A model generated the notes under the pieces. The model made no database searches. It was not told where the DNA came from and saw only the letters and a list, made by a program, of their open reading frames with translations. A stretch of DNA of 64,000 bases from Blastocladiella emersonii ATCC 22665. Lineage: Eukaryota > Fungi > Blastocladiomycota. Shown one piece after another: positions 21,974-33,673 of this stretch (the stretch's first letter is position 1; the number at the start of each line of letters is the position of its first letter). Position numbers and translations under genes: made by a program. The stretch spans positions 1,054,001 to 1,118,000 of the forward strand of contig JANHCV010000007.1 in assembly GCA_025594325.1 (NCBI GenBank). Reading direction: 5' to 3'.

Positions 21974-23335
21974 ATGAAACCTGATGCAACTACGCCGATC
22001 CGCCGCAGCAAACGCCTGCGTGACGCCGCTCGAGCTGCTGCGACTCAAGTGGAGCCGCCGCTTGCTGGCCCCCGCGGCCAGACGGCACGGCGACGCTCCC
22101 GTCCAGCCCAGGACAACACATCGATCAAGAAGGAGGTCGATGCTTCTGCCGATGACTTGTCAAGCATCGAAGGACATGAGTCCGGCGAATCCGAGGACGG
22201 TAGCGATCATGCAAGCGACCTTGAGGACGATCGCCCGTACGTTTTGCTGTCTCTACGCACCGTACCCCGCCGTTTAGAGACATTCCTCACTCACGCATTT
22301 TGAACGATGAAGCACTAAGAAGAAGAGTTGCTCGGTTGCCCTGAGCGCTGTGTCCAAGGAGGTCAAAGTGCAGCTTCGCGCAAGCGTTCTGGTGTACGGC
22401 CCGTTTGCTGACCCCGAGATCGTCCGCACGCACTGCTACGCCGACTACCTCGAGGTCTTTGGCCAGAACGAGTCTATCATGAGCTTTGACGAGGTACGTA
22501 TCATCTTACTCATCTCACCCGGACGCGCGCAAGACATTCACTCCTCATCCGCTCAAGTACCGCAAGCACTACGTGGAGGTCGTCCACAAGCTTCGTAAGA
22601 ACACGCGCGAAACAACAGTGAAACTGCTCAAGGACCAGAAGCTTGCCTCCATCCACCCAACGCTTCCCGCTCGCAGCACCACCAGCGACGTTCGCCGCCT
22701 CGAGTTCAACCGGCACTGGATGCTGACGAGCGCAGCCGGCCAAGGGTCGTCGATCCACCCGCTCCTGACCACCATCGTGCAGCGCAGCATGCACTGGCGC
22801 GAGGGTACGCGTGCTTCGAGTTCGGTCCATTCCGCGCAACGGCTCACTTGTCCCGCCGTTCCGGGTGCTAGTCAACAGCGTCGCTGCCGTAGAAGCGTAC
22901 CTCGAGCGGCTCAACAAGCGTACTGGTGCGGCTCGTGCTGCAACGGGCAAGCACGAACCCGTCACGCTCCAGCAACTCGCGCCGCTGTTCGTGATCACCA
23001 TTGCGACCATGGTGCGGTTCGCGCGTAACGTGTCCCCCGCTCGAATTTCTCACGCCCGAGTCAAACTGTAGGCGAACATCGGCATCGTCTCGCATCTCGG
23101 CCTTGACCGCAACGACCTCCCGCCGCTGCAGCAGTTGTTCCACGAGGCGGTCGCGGCGCTCAACGATCGCAATGGGATATTCGATCAGCGCTTCGTCGAC
23201 GACTCGCGCGCGCTCATGGAGCAGCTGGACCGCGAGCGCATGCCGATGGGGCCGCTATGCGAGTGCCCGTCCGATGTGCCCCGCGACACGCAGACGGGGA
23301 TCGCCCTGGCCGTATTCGGCGAGCGCGAGAAGTAA
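21974..23335 (+). CDS. Hypothetical protein, 5 exons (364 aa), paralogue 2
   Basis: Exons 21974-22236, 22313-22493, 22558-22804, 22872-23011 and 23072-23335. Intron phases (2,0,1,0) match paralogue 1; motif GPFADPEIVRTHCYADYLEVFG. Confidence 0.8.
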
Positions 23336-24342
23336 GGCCGCCTGGTGGTCGCCGAAGTGTATCAATATACGCGTGATTCCTTGTTCACGATGGTGCAGCG
23401 CCCAGTTCGCGAGCATACCAAACTGCAAAGCGGATCGCGTGCGGATAAGCACGCGACACATTCAAGGGTTGGAGTTGCGCGGGTCAGGTCCAACTCCTGG
23501 CAGCACGCGACTGCCGTGTGACTAGCCCAGGAGATTCACGAGTTGGCGTGAAGCAGCCCCGTCCGCCGATTGACGCCACGGACGCGTGGTACCTGCCTCC
23601 GAACCGCGGAAGCAGTCTGTGAGCCTAGTCGGACAGAGTACATAAGCGTGCAAGACTTGACGCGACGTGGTGGCGACGGTATTCGCGAAGCGCATTCCCT
23701 CAAAGGCGGACGCATCTCTTCGGCCACCACAAACAGCCAGCCCGGGAGCAACCAGCCAGCGCACGACACTAGACGGTATCCACGCACGAGCTCTGGACGT
23801 TGATCTCCGCAAGGAAGTTTCCAGGGCGAGCCGCATCACAGGCGGGACTCGTGTCCGGCTGTCGGCAGGGCCGACACTCGGGAGACGGCGACGTCAAGCT
23901 TCATCAGTTTCATGTCCTCCAGCACACTGGGCGAGTGCATCTAGTGCTTCATTACAGAGTGTGAAGGCCGCTTGGAAGGTCAGCGGAGGGAGAGGAGAGG
24001 GGGGAAGCAAGTCGCTGCGCCGCAGGCCGAGGCGCGTCCCGCTGCTTCTCCGGGTCTTTCGGATAGGCGCGAATGGCTCTCAAGCGCTGGAATGAGCTCA
24101 GAAGTACACAGATAATGCCTGTATACATCTCCTAGACGGCCGCGTATTTTCCAATTTGAATGAGCGCTGCCGGTCGCTTGGGCGTCGGAGTCGCGCGGCG
24201 GTTGAAATGAAGCATAGAGTGCGTGCGCCGGCAGCGATGGCCATCAACATCGCGACCTGGCCGCTCTCCCTCACCTTCTCCTCGGACAACCACGGCCATA
24301 GTGCACTGCTACGAATCAACGCAACCGACTTGTCGCAACACC

Positions 24343-24747
24343 ATGAACACGCCCGGCTCGGTCGCTTACGGATGGTGAGGCACCCCCCTCCCGCAACCGC
24401 CACCATCGCCATCACCGCGGACCGCTGACGTGGCAGTCCACGCGTGTAGGGGTGCCCTGATCATCGCGGGCGCCGTGGCGTACAACATGGCCAAGAAGGA
24501 CATTGACGCGCAGCGGCGCGAGCAGGCGCAGCTCGGCGTGCGGCCGATCGAGGAGCTGTCGTGTATGTTGGGCTGTTGGCTCACCGGCAGGGAGGATCGA
24601 GACCGTGCTAACCCATCACCGCGACCGTCTCTAGGGCAGGATCGGATCCGCCGCGACGAGGAGCGCCTGCGCCAGCAGAAGCTGCAGGAGCAGGCGGCCG
24701 CGAGCGGGGGCAGCGCGAGCGCAGGATCGGCGAGCGGGAGTGCATGA
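24343..24747 (+). CDS. DUF4748-like small membrane protein (85 aa, 3 exons)
   Basis: Exons 24343-24374, 24450-24562 and 24635-24747 give MNTPGSVAYGWGALIIAGAVAYNMAKKDIDAQRR...LSWQDRIRRDE. This matches my recollection of the DUF4748 consensus (MNTP.S...GWGSLI.AG..AY..AKK.I). Confidence 0.8.
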
Positions 24748-25267
24748 GCGCACCCTGCTGGATACACTGTAACGCCTTAATTTAAATGTCTGAGAGCTGC
24801 ACGACGCGGTTGAGAGCGTGGCCTGAGAGGAGAAGACTTGCACGCAGCGACGGGGTCATGTGACGGGGACGCGGACGCCTCGCCGTGCGCCACAGCAGCG
24901 CCACACGGCCGCCACGCCGGCATCGCGGCGCATGCGGGCGGCGCGATAGCGGCGAGGGACGCGTCTCGGAAATACGCGGAACCAGAGTCCGGCCGCGCCC
25001 GGCGCCCCGACGTCCCCCGTCCGCCCGTCCCGGCCCGACCTCGCGCTCCATCGCTCGCGCTGGGCCTGATAGTTCGGTGCCGGCCATACAAATACGCGGC
25101 CCGTCCCTTGCACCCGCTCCTTGCCACCCTCTCGCCTTGCCTTCGTGGCATCCCTGCATCCCTTCGCACACGTCGTTCAAGGCTTCGCCCTTGGTCCGTT
25201 CGCCACCACCCCCATCGTCGCGATGAATGCATGCTCACCACGCTCCCCCATTGAACAGATCCACACC

Positions 25268-28200
25268 ATGACGCCGACGACCGCCACCATGCTCGTCCTG
25301 CGGAGCGCCGCGCCGGCGCTGTCCGAGTTCCGCCGCGCGCGGCTGCTCGACCAGATTGCCGCGGCGGCGGGCGGCCGCGCCGACGTGATTGACCACGTCG
25401 AGGCGCACTGGGTGTATTTCATCGAGATTGCCGCGCCGCTGACGCGCAACGAGACGGCCATGCTCGAGGACCTGGTCCAGGCCACGGTCGTCCCCGCCGA
25501 TGCGCCGCTGACGCCGCCCGGGTCGTCGCCGCTCGTCGTCGTGCCGCGCCTCGGCACCATCTCGCCGTGGTCGACCAAGGCCACGGACCTCGCCCACCTG
25601 TCGGGCCTCGGCGCCGCGGTCCGCCGCATCGAGCGCGGCGTGGTCTACGCGCTCGCCGTGCACCCGGGCGCGTGCCTCGACCCCGTCGACGTCGTCGGCC
25701 CGCTCGTCCACGACAAGATGACCCAGGCCGTCCTCGCCGCCGTGCCCGCGCCCGCCGCCATCTTCGCCCACGCGAGCCCGCGCCCGCTCGTGACCATCCC
25801 GCTCGTCGGCACCGCCGACCCCGCCGCGGCCCTGCGCGCCGCCAACGCCAAGCACGGGCTCGCGCTCGCCGAGGACGAGGTGACCTACCTCGTCGACCGG
25901 TACACGCGCGCCGACCTCGCCGATGCGCTGCAGCGCGACCCGACCGACGTCGAGCTGTTCATGTTCGCGCAGGTCAACTCGGAGCACTGCCGCCACAAGG
26001 TGTTTGGCGCGACGTGGGACATTGACGGCGACCGCAAGCCGCACTCGCTGTTCGGCATGATCAAGAACACGTACCAGCAGCACCCGGACCGCATCCTGTC
26101 GGCCTACTCGGACAACGCGGCCGTCATCGAGGGCCCGACGGTCCCGCGCTTCGCGTGCACCCCCGACGGCGTGTACCGGTCGGCGCCCGAGGCCGTGCAC
26201 CTCGTCGCCAAGGTCGAGACCCACAACCACCCGACGGCCGTGTCGCCGTTCCCCGGCGCCGCGACCGGCTCGGGCGGCGAGATCCGCGACGAGGGCAGTG
26301 TCGGCCAGGGGTCCAAGTCCAAGGCTGGCCTCACGGGCTTCGCCGTGTCCAACCTGCGCATCCCCGGCTACACGCACGAGTGGGAGGAGCCCGCGGTCGG
26401 CAAGCCCGCTCACATTGCCTCGCCGCTCGACATCATGATCGACGCGCCCCTCGGCGGCGCCGCCTTCAACAACGAGTTTGGCCGCCCGGGCCTCACGGGC
26501 TACTTTCGCACCCTGTGCATGCCTGTCGACATGGTCGAGGCCGCCGCGCCCGCCCCCGCCACGGCCCCTGCCAAGGCCACCGAGGTCCGCGGGTTCCACA
26601 AGCCCATCATGCTCGCCGGCGGCATGGGCAGCATCCGCCCCATGCACGTCCTCAAGCAGAAGATCCAGCCCGGCCACCGCCTCGTGGTCCTCGGCGGGCC
26701 CTCGATGCTGATCGGGCTCGGCGGCGGCGCCGCCTCCTCGGTCACGTCGGGCACGGCGTCGGCCGACCTCGACTTCGCGTCGGTGCAGCGCGAGAACCCC
26801 GAGATGCAGCGGCGGTGCCAGATGGTGCTGGACCGGTGCACGGCGCTGGGCGACGCGAACCCGATCGTGTCGGTGCACGACGTGGGCGCCGGCGGCCTGT
26901 CGAACGCGCTGCCCGAGCTCGTCAACGACCTCGGGCTCGGCGCCGTGATCCAGCTGCGCGACGTGCTGGTCGACGACCCGAGCATGTCGCCCATGGAGAT
27001 CTGGTGCAACGAGTCGCAGGAGCGCTACGTGCTCGCGCTCGAGCCCGAGTCGGTCGCGCAGTTCGCCGCCTTCTGCGAGCGCGAGCGGTGCCCGTTCGCC
27101 GTCGTCGGCACCGCCACCCGCGAGCCGCACCTGCGCGTCGAGGACAAGCTGCTCGGCGCCAACCCGATCGACCTCCCCATGAGCGTCCTGTTCGGCAAGC
27201 CGCCCAAGATGCACCGCGTCACGGCCACCCGCCACCTCGTGCCCCGCCCGCTCGCGCTCCCCGCCGCCGCCACGGTCCATGCCGCCGCCGCGCGCGTCCT
27301 CCAGCTCCCCTCGGTCGCGTCCAAGGCCTTCCTCATCACCATCGGCGACCGGTCCGTCGGCGGGCTCACGACCCGCGAGCAGTTTGTCGGCCCGTGGCAG
27401 GTGCCCGTCGCCGACGTGGCCGTCACGTCGACCACCTTCGAGACGTTCACGGGGGAGGCCATGGCCATGGGCGAGCGGCCCTCGCTGGCGCTCGTCTCCC
27501 ACGCGGCGTCGGCCCGCATGGCTGTCGGCGAGTCGCTGCTCAACCTCGCCGCGGCCGCGGTCCCGTCGCTCGCGCACGTCCGCCTGTCGGCCAACTGGAT
27601 GTCGGCCGTCGACTCGCCCGGCGAGGGCGCCGGCATCTACGAGGCGGTGCAGGCGATCGGCATCGACATGTGCCCGGCGCTCGGCATCACGATCCCCGTC
27701 GGCAAGGACTCGCTGTCGATGAAGTCGACGTGGAACAACGGCAGCGTCGTGTCGCCGCTCGCCCTCAACATCACGGCGTACAGCACGGTCTCGGATACCC
27801 GCACGACCTTCACGCCGCAGCTGGTCCGTACCGCGGACGAGTCGGTCCTCGTCCTCCTCGACGTGGCCGCCGGCCGCACGCGCCTCGGCGGGTCGGCGCT
27901 CGCCCAGGTGTACTCGCAGGTCGGTAACGAGGTGCCCGACGTCGACAACGTGGCGCACCTGCGCGCCGTCTTCGACACGGTGCAGGCGGCACGCGGCAAG
28001 GCCGGGCTCGTCCTCGCGTACCACGACCGCAGCGACGGCGGCCTGTACACGACGGTCGCCGAGATGTGCTTCGCCGGGCACGTCGGCGCGCGCATCGAGG
28101 TCCCCGCGACCACGCGCGACCCGCTCGCGTTCCTGTTCAACGAGGAGCTCGGCGCCGTCGTCCAGGTCCCCGCGTCGCGCGTCGCCGAGCTGTCGGCGCT

Positions 28201-29299
28201 CGCGGTCGCGCATGGCCTCCCCGCGGCGTCGGTCTCGGTCGTTGCCCGCGTCACGCCGCGCGACCCGCAGATCGTGGTCGCCCAGGGCACCGCGGTCCTC
28301 GCGGCCGCGCACCGCGTCGAGCAGCAGCGGCTGTGGTCGCTCACGTCGTACCACATTGCCAAGCGCCGCGACAACCCGGCGTGCGCCGAGCAGGAGCTCG
28401 CGGGGCTGCTGGATGTGGCCGATCCCGGGCTCTCGTCGCGCCTCACGTTCGAGTACCCGTACGCGGACCTCGCGCTGCCGCTGTACTCGGCCCCCGAGGC
28501 GGTGCGGCCCAAGGTGGCGATCCTGCGCGAGCAGGGCGTCAACTCCTTCATGGAGATGGCCTACTCGTTCCACGCGGCCGGGTTCACGGCCGTCGACGTG
28601 CACATGACGGACCTCCTGTCGGGCGCGACGTCGCTCGCCGGGTTCGTCGGGCTCGCGGCGTGCGGCGGGTTCTCGTACGGTGATGTTCTCGGCGCGGGTC
28701 GCGGCTGGGCCAAGTCGATCCTCAACAACGGCACGGCGCGCGCCGAGGTGACGTCGTTCCTCGCGCGCAACGACACGTTCGCGCTCGGGATCTGCAACGG
28801 GTGCCAGATGTTCGCGCAGCTGCGCGCGCTCCTCCCCGCGGGCGCCGGCGCCGACCACTGGCCGACGTTCGAGCGCAACGTCTCGGAGCAGTTCGAGGCC
28901 CGCACGTGTCTCGTCGAGGTGCCCGAGTCGCCGTCGGTCTTCTTCCGCGGCATGGCCGGCACCCGGCTCCCGATCCCCGTGGCGCACGGCGAGGGCCGCA
29001 CCGTGTACCGCGACGAGGCCGCGGACCTCCCCGCGCTCGTCGCCAACCAGCAGATCGCGCTCCAGTTCGTCGACGCGTACGGCGCGCCCGCGGCCAAGTA
29101 CCCGGCCAACCCGAACGGGTCCGCGCTCGGCGTCACGGGCGTCACCACGCGCGACGGCCGCGTCACGCTCATGATGCCGCACCCGGAGCGCGCCACGCGC
29201 TGGGTCGCGAACTCGTGGGTCGACGACCAGTGGCGCCACGACGGCGTCGAGGGGCCGTGGCTCCAGATGTTCCGCAACGCGCGCAAGTGGGTCGGCTAA
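25268..29299 (+). CDS. ADE6: Phosphoribosylformylglycinamidine synthase (large PurL type), intronless; start at 25268 or 25289
   Basis: Motifs ELFMFAQVNSEHCRHK, KVETHNHPTAVSPFPGAATGSGGEIRDEG, HDVGAGGLSNALPEL, PVGKDSLSM, the glutaminase nucleophile motif GICNGCQ, and MPHPER. Confidence 0.98.
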   Translation: MTPTTATMLVLRSAAPALSEFRRARLLDQIAAAAGGRADVIDHVEAHWVYFIEIAAPLTRNETAMLEDLVQATVVPADAPLTPPGSSPLVVVPRLGTISPWSTKATDLAHLSGLGAAVRRIERGVVYALAVHPGACLDPVDVVGPLVHDKMTQAVLAAVPAPAAIFAHASPRPLVTIPLVGTADPAAALRAANAKHGLALAEDEVTYLVDRYTRADLADALQRDPTDVELFMFAQVNSEHCRHKVFGATWDIDGDRKPHSLFGMIKNTYQQHPDRILSAYSDNAAVIEGPTVPRFACTPDGVYRSAPEAVHLVAKVETHNHPTAVSPFPGAATGSGGEIRDEGSVGQGSKSKAGLTGFAVSNLRIPGYTHEWEEPAVGKPAHIASPLDIMIDAPLGGAAFNNEFGRPGLTGYFRTLCMPVDMVEAAAPAPATAPAKATEVRGFHKPIMLAGGMGSIRPMHVLKQKIQPGHRLVVLGGPSMLIGLGGGAASSVTSGTASADLDFASVQRENPEMQRRCQMVLDRCTALGDANPIVSVHDVGAGGLSNALPELVNDLGLGAVIQLRDVLVDDPSMSPMEIWCNESQERYVLALEPESVAQFAAFCERERCPFAVVGTATREPHLRVEDKLLGANPIDLPMSVLFGKPPKMHRVTATRHLVPRPLALPAAATVHAAAARVLQLPSVASKAFLITIGDRSVGGLTTREQFVGPWQVPVADVAVTSTTFETFTGEAMAMGERPSLALVSHAASARMAVGESLLNLAAAAVPSLAHVRLSANWMSAVDSPGEGAGIYEAVQAIGIDMCPALGITIPVGKDSLSMKSTWNNGSVVSPLALNITAYSTVSDTRTTFTPQLVRTADESVLVLLDVAAGRTRLGGSALAQVYSQVGNEVPDVDNVAHLRAVFDTVQAARGKAGLVLAYHDRSDGGLYTTVAEMCFAGHVGARIEVPATTRDPLAFLFNEELGAVVQVPASRVAELSALAVAHGLPAASVSVVARVTPRDPQIVVAQGTAVLAAAHRVEQQRLWSLTSYHIAKRRDNPACAEQELAGLLDVADPGLSSRLTFEYPYADLALPLYSAPEAVRPKVAILREQGVNSFMEMAYSFHAAGFTAVDVHMTDLLSGATSLAGFVGLAACGGFSYGDVLGAGRGWAKSILNNGTARAEVTSFLARNDTFALGICNGCQMFAQLRALLPAGAGADHWPTFERNVSEQFEARTCLVEVPESPSVFFRGMAGTRLPIPVAHGEGRTVYRDEAADLPALVANQQIALQFVDAYGAPAAKYPANPNGSALGVTGVTTRDGRVTLMMPHPERATRWVANSWVDDQWRHDGVEGPWLQMFRNARKWVG

Positions 29300-29610
29300 G
29301 GTGTTGGTTGTTGAGAGCAGTAGTATATTAGTCGTTTAGCTTCACGATCTCGGGTCTGATCTTGGCCAGCTTCTTTGAGTGGCCCCCGTCAGCGGCGAGC
29401 TCCTTCAGAGACGAGTTGTGACGCATAGATCATGATACGGCGGCGCTGTGGCGGCTGCCTCGAGTGACTCGCAGCACGTCCGGTGTGCGGTGGGCGCTCA
29501 CCGGGTGCGGCCAGCGGCAGCGGTCAACAGGCTACAAATGCGGGACTCGCCCGCCCGCCAACGCTCGCTCTCTCCCACGGTCCACCGCCGCCGGCAACAC
29601 TAGACACACC

Positions 29611-31608
29611 ATGAATTCACCGCATACTGGCAGCAGCACCGCCGCCACGCCAGCCGTCCCCGCGGGCGGGTTCACGCTCGAGAACGAGGCGAGCTGGGGC
29701 GGGCACGTCGGCGCGACGGCGTACCCGACGGCGTTCGAGCACTTCTACGCCGACGACAACGACTCGGTCGCGGCGTCAACGCCGTACGAGATGCGCACGC
29801 TGGTCGAGCTGCGCATCGACCGCATCGCCGAGGCCGTGCGCGACAAGCAGCACTGGGCCCGCAAGTTCGCCGGCAACGCGACGCTGCGCGAAAAGTGGCA
29901 CGCCGAGCTCACCGAGCAGGGCGCCGACCCGGACCACGTCGACTACGTGTTCCGCGAGCTCGCCGCCGTCGCCGAGGCCGACCCGACGGCCGCGGGACCG
30001 CGCAACGTGTTTGTCAGCGACGACGCGGTTCCCGAAACCCTGCGCGCGCGTCTCGCCGAGCTCGTCCAGCGCGACCTCGAGGACGCCGTCGACCCCGACG
30101 CGCGCGACTGGCACCCCGGATCCAACGGCCAGGTCCTCGACCTCGTCCACCCGTCCCTGTTCCCCGTCGTCTACGGCCGCACCCGCGTTGCTCAGGGCTT
30201 CGCTCCGCCCCCGCCGCCGCTCGCGCACAACGCCGCGTACGTTCCACCCGCCGACGGCGTCAGCGAGCCCGACGAGGAGTACGAGAGCGACGCCGACGAC
30301 GAGGATCTCGAGGCCGAGATCGCCGACCTCAAGGCCGACGCGGACGCGATGCCCACCGACTGGTGGAAGGACTGGTCCGACCAGAACGTCAAGCTGCCGA
30401 CCGACCTCATCCTGTACCCGCTCGAGGCCGGGAGCGACAGCGAGGACGGCGACGACGCGGCGGACGCGGTCCCGGACTCGCCCGCGACGCTGCTCGAGCG
30501 CTCGGTCACGGCTATCCCGCCCGCGGGGCCCGCGACGACGGACCTCGCCAAGGCGCCGCGTGACACCTCGCCCTTCACGTCCGAGGCGTACCAGTGGATG
30601 CCATCCGACGTGCTCGTCGACGCGGCCGGCCGCGCGCACTTCACCTCGTACATCAACAACCTGCACCCGCACGACCACCCCGACCTGTACGGCGCCCTCG
30701 CCGACGTGTTCACCGCCATGGTCCCGCTGTTCGAGCGCACCCTCACGCGCCTCCGCGACCCGTTCATGCGCCGCATCAACGTCACGTCCAACGACTGGTA
30801 CCCGCCGCGCGAGGACGGCGAGGACGAGGACGAGGACGAGGAGGAGCGCGAGGTCGTGCAGCCCAAGGTGCCCACGGCCCCGCCCGCGCGCCACCGCCTG
30901 ATCACGGACGCGGCGCCCGACCCCGTGTCGCTGCGCGGGCACCACCTGCAGGTGATCGTCAAGCTCGCCAACATCCACCTGACGCCCGACAACCCAAAGT
31001 ACCCGGGCGGCGCGTGGCACGTCGAGGGCATGGAGAACGAGCGGATCGTCGCCACGGGGCTCTTCTACTACGACGTATGCAACATCACCACGTCGCGGCT
31101 CGCGTTCCGCGCCTTTGTCCAGCCGCCGCCCGGCAACCCGCACAACGAGCACGAGGCCATGCGCCAGATCTACCAGCTCAACGTCGACGACCACCTCAAC
31201 GAGCCCATGGGCGCCGTCACCGCCCACCACGGCCGCGTCGCCGTGTTCCCCAACACGTACCAGCACCGCGTCCTGCCCTTTGAGCTCGCCGACAAGACCC
31301 GCAACGGCCACCGCAAGATCGCCGCCTTCTTCCTCATCGACCCGCTCAACCGCGTCACCTCCGCCGCGTCCGTCCCGCCGCAGCAGCTCAGCTGGGCCCT
31401 GCGCAACGAGCAGCTCGTTGCCGCCGCGCTCGCCCAGGCCGAGGGCGAGTCGGACCCCGAGAAGGCGGTCCGCGCCGCGTTCCCCGGACTCATGACGCTC
31501 GGCGAGGCCAAGGAGCACCGTTCCAAGCTCATGGCCGAGCGGTCCCAGTTCGTCGTCAAGCACAACGAGAGCGTCTTCAACGTGCCGTTCAACATGTGCG
31601 AGCACTGA
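29611..31608 (+). CDS. DUF4246 family protein (665 aa), putative 2OG-Fe(II) oxygenase-like fold
   Basis: Motifs DWHPGSNGQVLDLVHPSLFP, YQWMPSDV, FTSYINNLHP, LQVIVKLANIHLTP, WHVEGMENERIVAT, FPNTYQHRV and GHRKIAAFFLIDP. Confidence 0.9.
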   Translation: MNSPHTGSSTAATPAVPAGGFTLENEASWGGHVGATAYPTAFEHFYADDNDSVAASTPYEMRTLVELRIDRIAEAVRDKQHWARKFAGNATLREKWHAELTEQGADPDHVDYVFRELAAVAEADPTAAGPRNVFVSDDAVPETLRARLAELVQRDLEDAVDPDARDWHPGSNGQVLDLVHPSLFPVVYGRTRVAQGFAPPPPPLAHNAAYVPPADGVSEPDEEYESDADDEDLEAEIADLKADADAMPTDWWKDWSDQNVKLPTDLILYPLEAGSDSEDGDDAADAVPDSPATLLERSVTAIPPAGPATTDLAKAPRDTSPFTSEAYQWMPSDVLVDAAGRAHFTSYINNLHPHDHPDLYGALADVFTAMVPLFERTLTRLRDPFMRRINVTSNDWYPPREDGEDEDEDEEEREVVQPKVPTAPPARHRLITDAAPDPVSLRGHHLQVIVKLANIHLTPDNPKYPGGAWHVEGMENERIVATGLFYYDVCNITTSRLAFRAFVQPPPGNPHNEHEAMRQIYQLNVDDHLNEPMGAVTAHHGRVAVFPNTYQHRVLPFELADKTRNGHRKIAAFFLIDPLNRVTSAASVPPQQLSWALRNEQLVAAALAQAEGESDPEKAVRAAFPGLMTLGEAKEHRSKLMAERSQFVVKHNESVFNVPFNMCEH

Positions 31609-31899
31609 CCGGGTGCTGCTGACTGATCGCGAATAAATACATGTCTCCCTCTTGTCTTGGCGACGCCTTCTCTGAAACGTAAGAAACGTCGCGTCGCGTC
31701 GCGCCGCCGCTTGGCGCTGCGGATCCGACGGTGTCCCTGGCTTGGGGCATCGCGAATAGACCGGAACGTGGTGCGTCTGATGTTATCGCTCCGAGGTGTT
31801 CGTTGATGGGCGGACCCTAGCCGAGTCCGTGGCGGTGGGTATAAAGGACGCATGCGGCCTTCAGGTATCTGGTGCTCGTTCGCAACCGACATCTTCACC

Positions 31900-32273
31900 A
31901 TGGCCAAGCTGAACGCGACCCCCGCCAACCTCGAGGCCGCTAACCGCGGCGGCAGCAGGTCGTGGTGCTACGGGATCTCTACTCTCGTATGCCGTGTGAT
32001 CGTGGCCGTGATCTGCGTTGCCGTCGTCGCGGCGGTCGTGACCTGCGCGGTTCGTGACCTTGGTCGGCAGCGTCCGTCGAACAACATGCTGACGTTCACG
32101 TGCTAGCTTGTCCTTGGTCGCTCAACTATCACCATCAACGGCTCCGAGTGCGAGACGCCATCGCACGTCGTCATGTCCGAGTCGGACAGCATCAACCTCG
32201 CGAGCCTGATTGCCGCGGGACCCGCGGCCACGGAGGCCCAGGGACAGAATGTACGCCGCCTCGCTTCCATTTA
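31900..32273 (+). pseudogene. 5' part (exons 1-2) of DUF4097-like paralogue 1, interrupted in intron 2 by the Harbinger element
   Basis: Exons 31900-32049 and 32107-32250 are colinear with exons 1-2 of 37359-38490 (..TP.(N/H)LEAA.RGG..; VVMSES.S.N.ASLIA.GP). Intron 2 starts GTACGC at 32251 and the TIR starts at 32274. Confidence 0.85.
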
Positions 32274-32543
32274 GGGCCCGTTTGGTTCCGGGGTGAATCA
32301 GGTGGATCAATCGATTTTACACGGTCCGGTGTTCACCCAGCTGAAACGTGGCATTTTCACCCCGTCGTGTTCATCGCGGCGTTTGGTTCAACCCCCGGGT
32401 GAGCTGAATGGAACCCTCGTCGCTGAATCGCCCGTCTGCTCGCCCCCGAAACCTTCAGGCTGTGCTCCCCGGCCTATGTAAACGCCGTTTTCCTCCAAAG
32501 TAACTCGCTCTCTCTCCCCCGTCCTCCCTCAAAGCCGAAAAGA

Positions 32544-33673
32544 ATGGCTCCCCCGTCAAGCAAAAAGCGCGCTGGCCGTACGGCCATGTCCATCGAGGAG
32601 ATCGTCAAGAACGTGCCCGAAATCCCGCCGCCGCCCGCCGATAGCGACGAGGATGCAGATGACGACGCTGCTGGGAGCGACGGCAACGCTGCTGTCACGC
32701 CGACCAACCCGCTGCCGCCCGTGACCATCGCCAAGCCAAGCAAGCGCAAGGCCAGTGGCAGCAAGGCCAGCAGCGGCAAGGCCAGCGGCGGCAAGGCCAC
32801 CTTCTGCTCCGCGTCGACCAACTTCCTCCTCGACCACTTCTGCAACCTCGCTGACGACGGCGTGCTCGGCGACAGCAACACGCTCAAGGCCCAGCACCGT
32901 GTGTCGATTGCCCAGGCCCTGTCGGACGAGTTCAACATGCAGTTTACGGCGGAGCAGGTCAAGAACCGCGTGACATACGTACGCTTTGTCTTGCGGACAC
33001 GCGTCAACCGTAGCGCTAACAACGTCAGCGTTCGGCTCCAGCTTCGCACTTGTTTTCGCGCCGTAAAACGGCTTCTGTCGTACTCGGGCAACGGCTGCAC
33101 CTGGAATGAGGGTGAGTGCACGGTCGACGTGCCAGAGGAGTTCTGGAACGATCTCTCGGTACGTTTGTTCAATATCGTTACGCGTCAACTCGCGGCGAGC
33201 TAACAGCGCCTGGCCTGCTTCAATTGTAGGCAGAGCTCAAGGAGGAGCTGACTGCGGGCTGCAAGCCCTTCCCGTACTACAAGAAGGCCAACATGCTGTG
33301 GGGCAGCTCGACCGCCACCGGCAAGTACTCGCACCTCGAGCAGGACGGCAAGGAGTCTGGTGACGTGGAAGGTGTTGATGGTCAAGACGACGCGGCCCCC
33401 GCCAGCAAGCGCAGCCGCACTTCGGACAGCAGCTCGCGTCGCCTCTCGGACTCGGAATTCCTCATGGGCATCAAGGAGGTGTTCCAGAGCGTCTCAACCG
33501 CCAACTCCAAGCCCGTTCTGACCGCCGCACTTGAATGGGTCCAGGACGCGTACAATGACAATGAAGAGTACCAGATCGACGTCGCCACCCGCCTGACCGA
33601 GGATCAAGCGCTTCGCGTCATGGCCGTGTCCGAATCGAAGCGCAAGCGCATCCTCAAGATTTTCATTCAGTAG
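32544..33673 (+). CDS. Harbinger Myb/SANT-like DNA-binding protein (331 aa, 3 exons)
   Basis: Exons 32544-32978, 33042-33158 and 33230-33673. Motifs FTAEQVKNRVTYLRTCF, GCTWNE...EEFWNDL and PFPYY...LWGSSTATG are typical of the PIF ORF1 Myb/SANT type. Confidence 0.85.

Noticed and set aside
25235-29239. 1334-aa antisense ORF opposite ADE6, and similar long shadow ORFs opposite 29611-31608, 48402-53238 and 56479-57860
   Set aside because: These are expected from extreme GC3 bias, which removes stop codons on the opposite strand. The translations are Arg/Gly/Ala-rich with no family motifs.
25268-29299. Intronless, bacterial-looking large PurL as a possible horizontal transfer
   Set aside because: Fungal Ade6 is normally of the large PurL type, codon usage matches neighbouring host genes, and other host genes here (DUF4246) also lack introns.
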